Source: Eledone cirrhosa
Lineage: Eukaryota
Length of the DNA stretch: 64,000 nucleotides
Reading direction: 5' to 3'
NCBI GenBank assembly: GCA_964016885.1
Contig: OZ024740.1
Coordinates: forward strand, 396,366,001-396,430,000
Part shown: positions 39,478 through 45,400 of the stretch, piece after piece
Layout: the number at the start of each line of letters is the position of its first letter
Position numbering within the stretch: position 1 is the stretch's first letter
Notes under the pieces: model-generated
What the model was told of the DNA's origin: nothing
Seen by the model: the letters and a program-made list of their open reading frames with translations, nothing else
Database searches by the model: none
Made by a program: the position numbers and the translations under genes

Positions 39478-42400
39478 TGACCGCAACCCCTCGTGAAGAA
39501 AATGGTGGGTGAAGGGTGTATGAGCGGGATTTTTGACTTTCGAGGTAGCATGATATATATATTTAAAGTAAATTATAAGAAGTAGAATGGGAAGGATTTT
39601 GTTGTTTTTTTTGTTTGAGAATACGATAGAATTAGGGAATTGGAGGATACGATAGAATTAAGAATGGGAAGGATTTTGTTTTTTGTTTGGGAATACGATG
39701 GAATTAAGGAATTTAAGGAATTGGAGAATATATATTTATAACAAAAGACAAAATGGACGGTCTTGAAACTGGTCTGGCGATAAAGAGTTATAACATATAT
39801 AAGAGGAAAATGATAGGAGGAAAAAGGTGATAGAATAACAAGGAAATTTGTAATAGGCTGTGATCTGTAATGAGTAAGTAATCAATTTAACCCTTTAGCA
39901 TTCGCATTAATTTTCAAATGTCATGCTTATCTGTTCGCATTATTTTGAGTCAATCATACTCAAGAGGGTTATCAATTTTATTTGTTTGTAATTTTCTTAG
40001 TTTTCTATGTGCAGCCTTGAAATTTTGTCAGATATTTATATATCAATAATTTACAATTATATAATTTTACCTGATTTTTTTTTGGTTAAATTTGACTTTT
40101 ATGAGCAGGTGAAATTAATTAATAGGGGCATTTCAAGTATCAACCAGGTGCAAATACTGGTTTAATTTTAAATATGTTGTTTTCGGCATAATACTTGATA
40201 TATAAGGATCATTAAACCTTATATCAGTGCTCCAGTAATTCCACAGTCTTGGAAATTGTTTTATACCGAACATAATATTTAGGGTAAAAAATGTTTGCAT
40301 CTGTTGGTCGCCAAACAGATCGGGTTTTCCTCGATTTGAAATCTGTTGTTGGGCATATCGAGAAAGTTTGTGGTAAAAACAAAAAGAAATAATCCAGTGC
40401 TTTAGCATCGAGAGCTAATATGTGTTGTGGACCAGTATTTTGAATAAAATTTGGAACATATATTGGTGTGGTATTTTTCAACCACGTTGCTGTAATATTT
40501 TCAATGGCGTCCTGGAGACTTCCTTCGTTTTCACTTTCAAAACAACAATCATCATCGGATGAAATTTCAGAAATGTAAACATCTGATTCATTTGAAGATA
40601 AATCACTAATATTATCTTTTGTTTCTTGTTCATTCTGAATGTCATCGTGTGTAAAACCTTCAAAGTCAGTATCGCTACTTTCACAAGCCATGTTGACAAA
40701 CAAAAAAAATCTGTTCTACTTTCAATGTTAAAAAAAACATGTTTTAAGTTGTTTCACTATATTAAGTGTTAATTTTCGTGGTAAGGGCCTATCTCGCAGT
40801 AATTATCGAATTGACGAGATTTTGATGATGGTTTTATTTTTAGAACAATATTTTAGTGTGGGTGTTATCGGCCGGTTTCGGGTGGTTTGAACACATGAAG
40901 AGGAAATAATTTCGGCCGGTTTCGGGCGGTTTGAACACTAGAGGGTTAAGCCATAGTTGTGTTCAAAAGCAAAAAACTAATGATTGAAATGGAACCTCTT
41001 TCATTTTAAGCAAAAGATATTTCTGAAAAGTTTAATTCGGTAACTAATCCAGTCTATAGCAAGTGAAAGTTTTTTTAATCAGCAGAAATGGAACATTAAA
41101 TGTAAAAGAGAAACATTACTCACTGTAACATGAACAGGTCTCGAGCCCGTGTTTACCAGATTCAACTGTACAGTTTGAGGTTCATCTAAAGTTCGCAGAA
41201 TACCAAAATCGATCATCTCTACTGGAGAATATATACCAGGAGCTGTAATCATAAATAATATAAAGAATATAAAGAAATATGGTGTCAAAGAATAGATGTC
41301 AAATACTGAGTCATTTTAAAGAAATTTTAATTTCATACATAAAAGTCAATGGTTCCTCTTTCTATCGAAAACTTTAGCAAAATACATTTAACAGAAATGC
41401 CATCCACATCTTGCCAGACTTCGATAGTTATAAAATAAACTGCTTTTATGAAGCTATAACTAGTTTCTCAACAGTACTAATACATGGTTTCTATACAAAT
41501 CAAGGAAACAGTATTACAACATTACACCCATCCTATTCCCGAACAGTACACAATTAAACCTATTTTAATTTAATTTGTAAGGAGCTTAGTTCAATTAGGC
41601 TGAACTCTGCACTTGAAAACAAGTGTAAGAGGACTGTCATATTTTTCAAGGGAGTTAAACATGCTAGATCCCAATCATTTCTATAGTGACTGCTCGTCTA
41701 CAATATTGTGCAAACTGTATCCTAAAAGCTAGACTTCTGCTTCAGGACCTGAAACCAATTGTTGATCTTTAAGCTCAAAGTACAACACTTCTCTTCAAAT
41801 ATGTGATGGTGCAGATGATACAAAAAAGTATTGAAGAGAAAGCCATGTGACTGATTAGTAAAGATTCATCCAACAACACATTTCAACTAGCAAGCACCCC
41901 TCCTATTTCACAAGTCTCTCGGTAAATACTTATCTCTACTTATGAACTATATCTTCCCTTTGTCTCTTCCACAATGCTTCCTCTTCTAACTAACAAGCTG
42001 AGTACCACACCCAGAATACCAATGTCCTGCTCCGAAAACCCTGCAACAAACACTTTAGCTAAAATGTTATCTCCAGAACTTCAACTATTTGACAGTCTTC
42101 TTGATTATAATTTTCATATAGACATCAACAGTATTGACACCGTTGGCTTTGGTGGATCTGTCAACAAAAATCTCCCAATATTTAAGTTAAAAAAAAAAAA
42201 AAAAAAAGCCTACCTGAGGTAACCTCCACTTCGACAGGAAGTATTAATACACCTTGAATATGCTCATGATTTGTTTTGATACGTATAAAAGCTGTATGGT
42301 TGGTTTCTACTCTTCCTATAAAGTTGGCCCGCATTACAGGTTTTGTTTCATACGGTGGAATTTCCTAAATAATTAGAAGAAAAAGAGAAATAATTAGTTG

Positions 42401-45400
42401 AAATACAGATTGAAATAAATTTTAAAATCAATGAAGTGTAGGAAGTGATTACATAATTGAGTGATATAGCTGTAGAAATGAGATGACAGGACTGGGTTCC
42501 CTATCATTCCACTGCAAAAAAGCACCCAGCCCACACTGTAAAGTGGACGTGTAGGCGCCACGGAAAAAAAGCACCCAGCACTCACTCTAAATGAGGTTGG
42601 TGTTAGGTAGGGCATCCAGCTGTAGAAATCAAGCCAGAATTAGTTCCCATCCCACCCTTGCAAGCAGGGAAAAGCGGACGTAAAATGATGATGAAGATTT
42701 AAATTGTATTATGCATCATCAGACTTTTCAGTAATTAGCTAAGGAGTTACCAGTATTTTCTAATTATACTAAACATGTTCTGGAAACTCATCAGCCACCA
42801 GATCACCTAGCTATCAATGAACACACAGACATCATACTCACCAGGAAATTTGAATACTAATATCTTGAAAAAAAAAAAAAACATCACACAATATAGACTA
42901 GAGAACTTATGGTGATAGCCTAGTTCCTATAACAGAATTTGCTAAAAATTTAATTCCAAACTCTGAAGCAAAACTTAGAATTGAGAGGCCTCAAGGTGAA
43001 GATAGTAAATACTCATGTTTTAGCTAGCAGAAAAGAAAACAAGACTATTGTCATTGGGAAAATGGCCATGTTTGATAAGTAAAAAGGAGCGGATAGTTAT
43101 TTAATATGGTGTACCCTATGTAAACTACGGATACACAAATCTACTGGGATCACAGACAGGCAAACAAAAGGTAGACTTTCTACGTGGCAGATGCAAGGCT
43201 TAGTAAGAGTACACATGAAACAATTCAAATGCTTTGAAGGTTTCTAAAATTAGTTGCTAATCTTTATCACTGGGAAGGGGGCTGCTCCAATAACATAGCA
43301 ATCAGTAAGGATGAAGTGGAAAAGTGCAAGGAGCTATTATCTCTGATGACAAAATTCTCAGTGAAGAGCAGATTGTATGATGCTTGTGTGCAATGTAAAA
43401 GGCTGAATAGTAGTACAACATGGACAATTGAACCAAATTAAGTACAAGAGAAATCAGAAGCAATGAGCAAGATACAGGCATATGATATGTATGGAGAATG
43501 ACAGTTGGGTGAAAATGTGGCAAGTAATTCAAATGGAAAGAACTAGTGAACGCTGATCTTAAAAAGCTGAAATTTAAAGGTGATGACATAGGACTGACAA
43601 ATAGTGCAACGCTCTATTGTAAAAGACCCTTCCAACTTATGCAGACATGGAAGAGTGGGTATAAAAACGATGCTGATAATTACATGAAAGACCCACATAT
43701 ACAGAGAGAGAGGGGAGGGGGCAGAGAACTAGCTGTACATCATGAAACAGTCAGACCTCAATATACACACAGTAACTTGGAATTAGAACTGGCCTGGCCT
43801 GTAACAACTTGTCCAACCCATACCAGCATGGAGAAAACAGTGACAGATAAAATAAGAGGTTCCTTACCCACAATGTTGTTATAGCCTCTCTGTCTCCTGT
43901 TGGGAGTTCTAAGTGCAGATCCCCTGCACTTGAAAACATTCCCACAACCTAGTTAAAAAAAGAGAACAAGTACAGTTTAAACTGAAAATACTTTTTTTTT
44001 TTTTAAATTCAGTGTTTAGCCATAGTAATTCTAAAAAAATAAATCCATGTATAATATTTTATAGGCTGAAAACTTTTGCCTTCATGTAGCAATTTTTCTA
44101 ACCCGACCCACCTCTTATAGGGTAGAAAGAACTCTTCAGACAAGACTGACCAACAACCTCTCCAGTGCTGGTCCCATGATAAAAGGCACCCAGTACACTA
44201 AAGTGGTTGGTGTTAGGAAGGGCCTCCAGCTGTAAAATCCATGCCAAAAAGGTTCAGAAGACCCTTCAGTCATGACAACCTCTTTAGTGTTGGTGCAACA
44301 AAGAATGCACCAAGCATGGTGCATTGGTGCCATGGAAAAATGCACCCAATAGAGTTTGGGAGTATATGAGATGCAGCTTCTGGCCTGCCTGAAAGATCAG
44401 TGGTTTTGATTAAGTACTGATTTGATCTACAACAACCTGTTCAACCTTTGCTAGCTGGGGAAAAAGGATGTTAAAAGATGATGATGACATAAGTTAATGG
44501 TGGATAAACTGGAGTGGAGTTCATGTAAGCTGAGCTCAACACAGCAATTATAGAGTTGAACTGTACCACATTATCCATTTACAATAAGAGCTAGTAATCA
44601 ACTGATATTTTTCTCGTATATACAGCATGGAACCAATGATAGGATATAGGATATGCATCAACTCTTCAGTTGGTTTGACACCATTTCAAATTGGTCTTAA
44701 GTCAACTAAACAGCTATTGGAGATCATCATTCATAAAAACCACGAAGCAGCTGTTAACGAGTTTAATTTCAGCTAATGTACACATTTTTTTTTTCATTTC
44801 CATGGAAAAATTTTGCAAGTAATTTGCTGCTCATATACTGAAGAAATAGAAATATAAAAGCTTGAAGCAATAATATAACATCTTACATGAAGTTTATATA
44901 AGAAAGTAAAGCGATTCCAATTGAGAATAGAAACAAAAATTAGAAACTTATTGAGAATTCACCACCAGAATATACTTGTCACAATTACTTTGTGTATAGA
45001 GACAATGTTATGCTTACAATAGGATAAGAACACAAATCTAAAATCATCACCATAGCAATTGGATCATTGACTTATCACTGATCTATGTAATTAAAGCAGC
45101 AGAAAAGGATTCTTATTAAAGAAGATTGTTTTAAGAACATAAAAAAGTTACCTGAAGAGTTGAACTGTGTGGATTATGCATTTCAATTAAAGAAGAAAAG
45201 CTACTGTTCAAGGGGACTTTGGCACCCAAGTAAGGTCGAAGTCTATAAGGATTTGGAATTCCAACTCCAAACACCTGCAAGAAAAACACATTTAATGTAA
45301 AATAAACAAGTTTGAAAAATTTGAAGTGTTACATAAGGGAAGAGAAGATCTGCAGCCACTGGAAATAAACAAGTAGAGAATTTTCAGCAGTGTTGAGAAA

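Larger units (their letters stand above)
35243..39720 (-). mobile_element. Full-length RTE-clade LINE (5' UTR, single ORF, structured 3' UTR, (GAT)n tail) in a TMEM131 intron, sense orientation
   Basis: Intact ORF, 3' (TGA)n/(GAT)n tail at 35243-35262, repeat-rich 5' region; 5' boundary approximate (39550-39730), no clear TSD. Confidence 0.9.
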
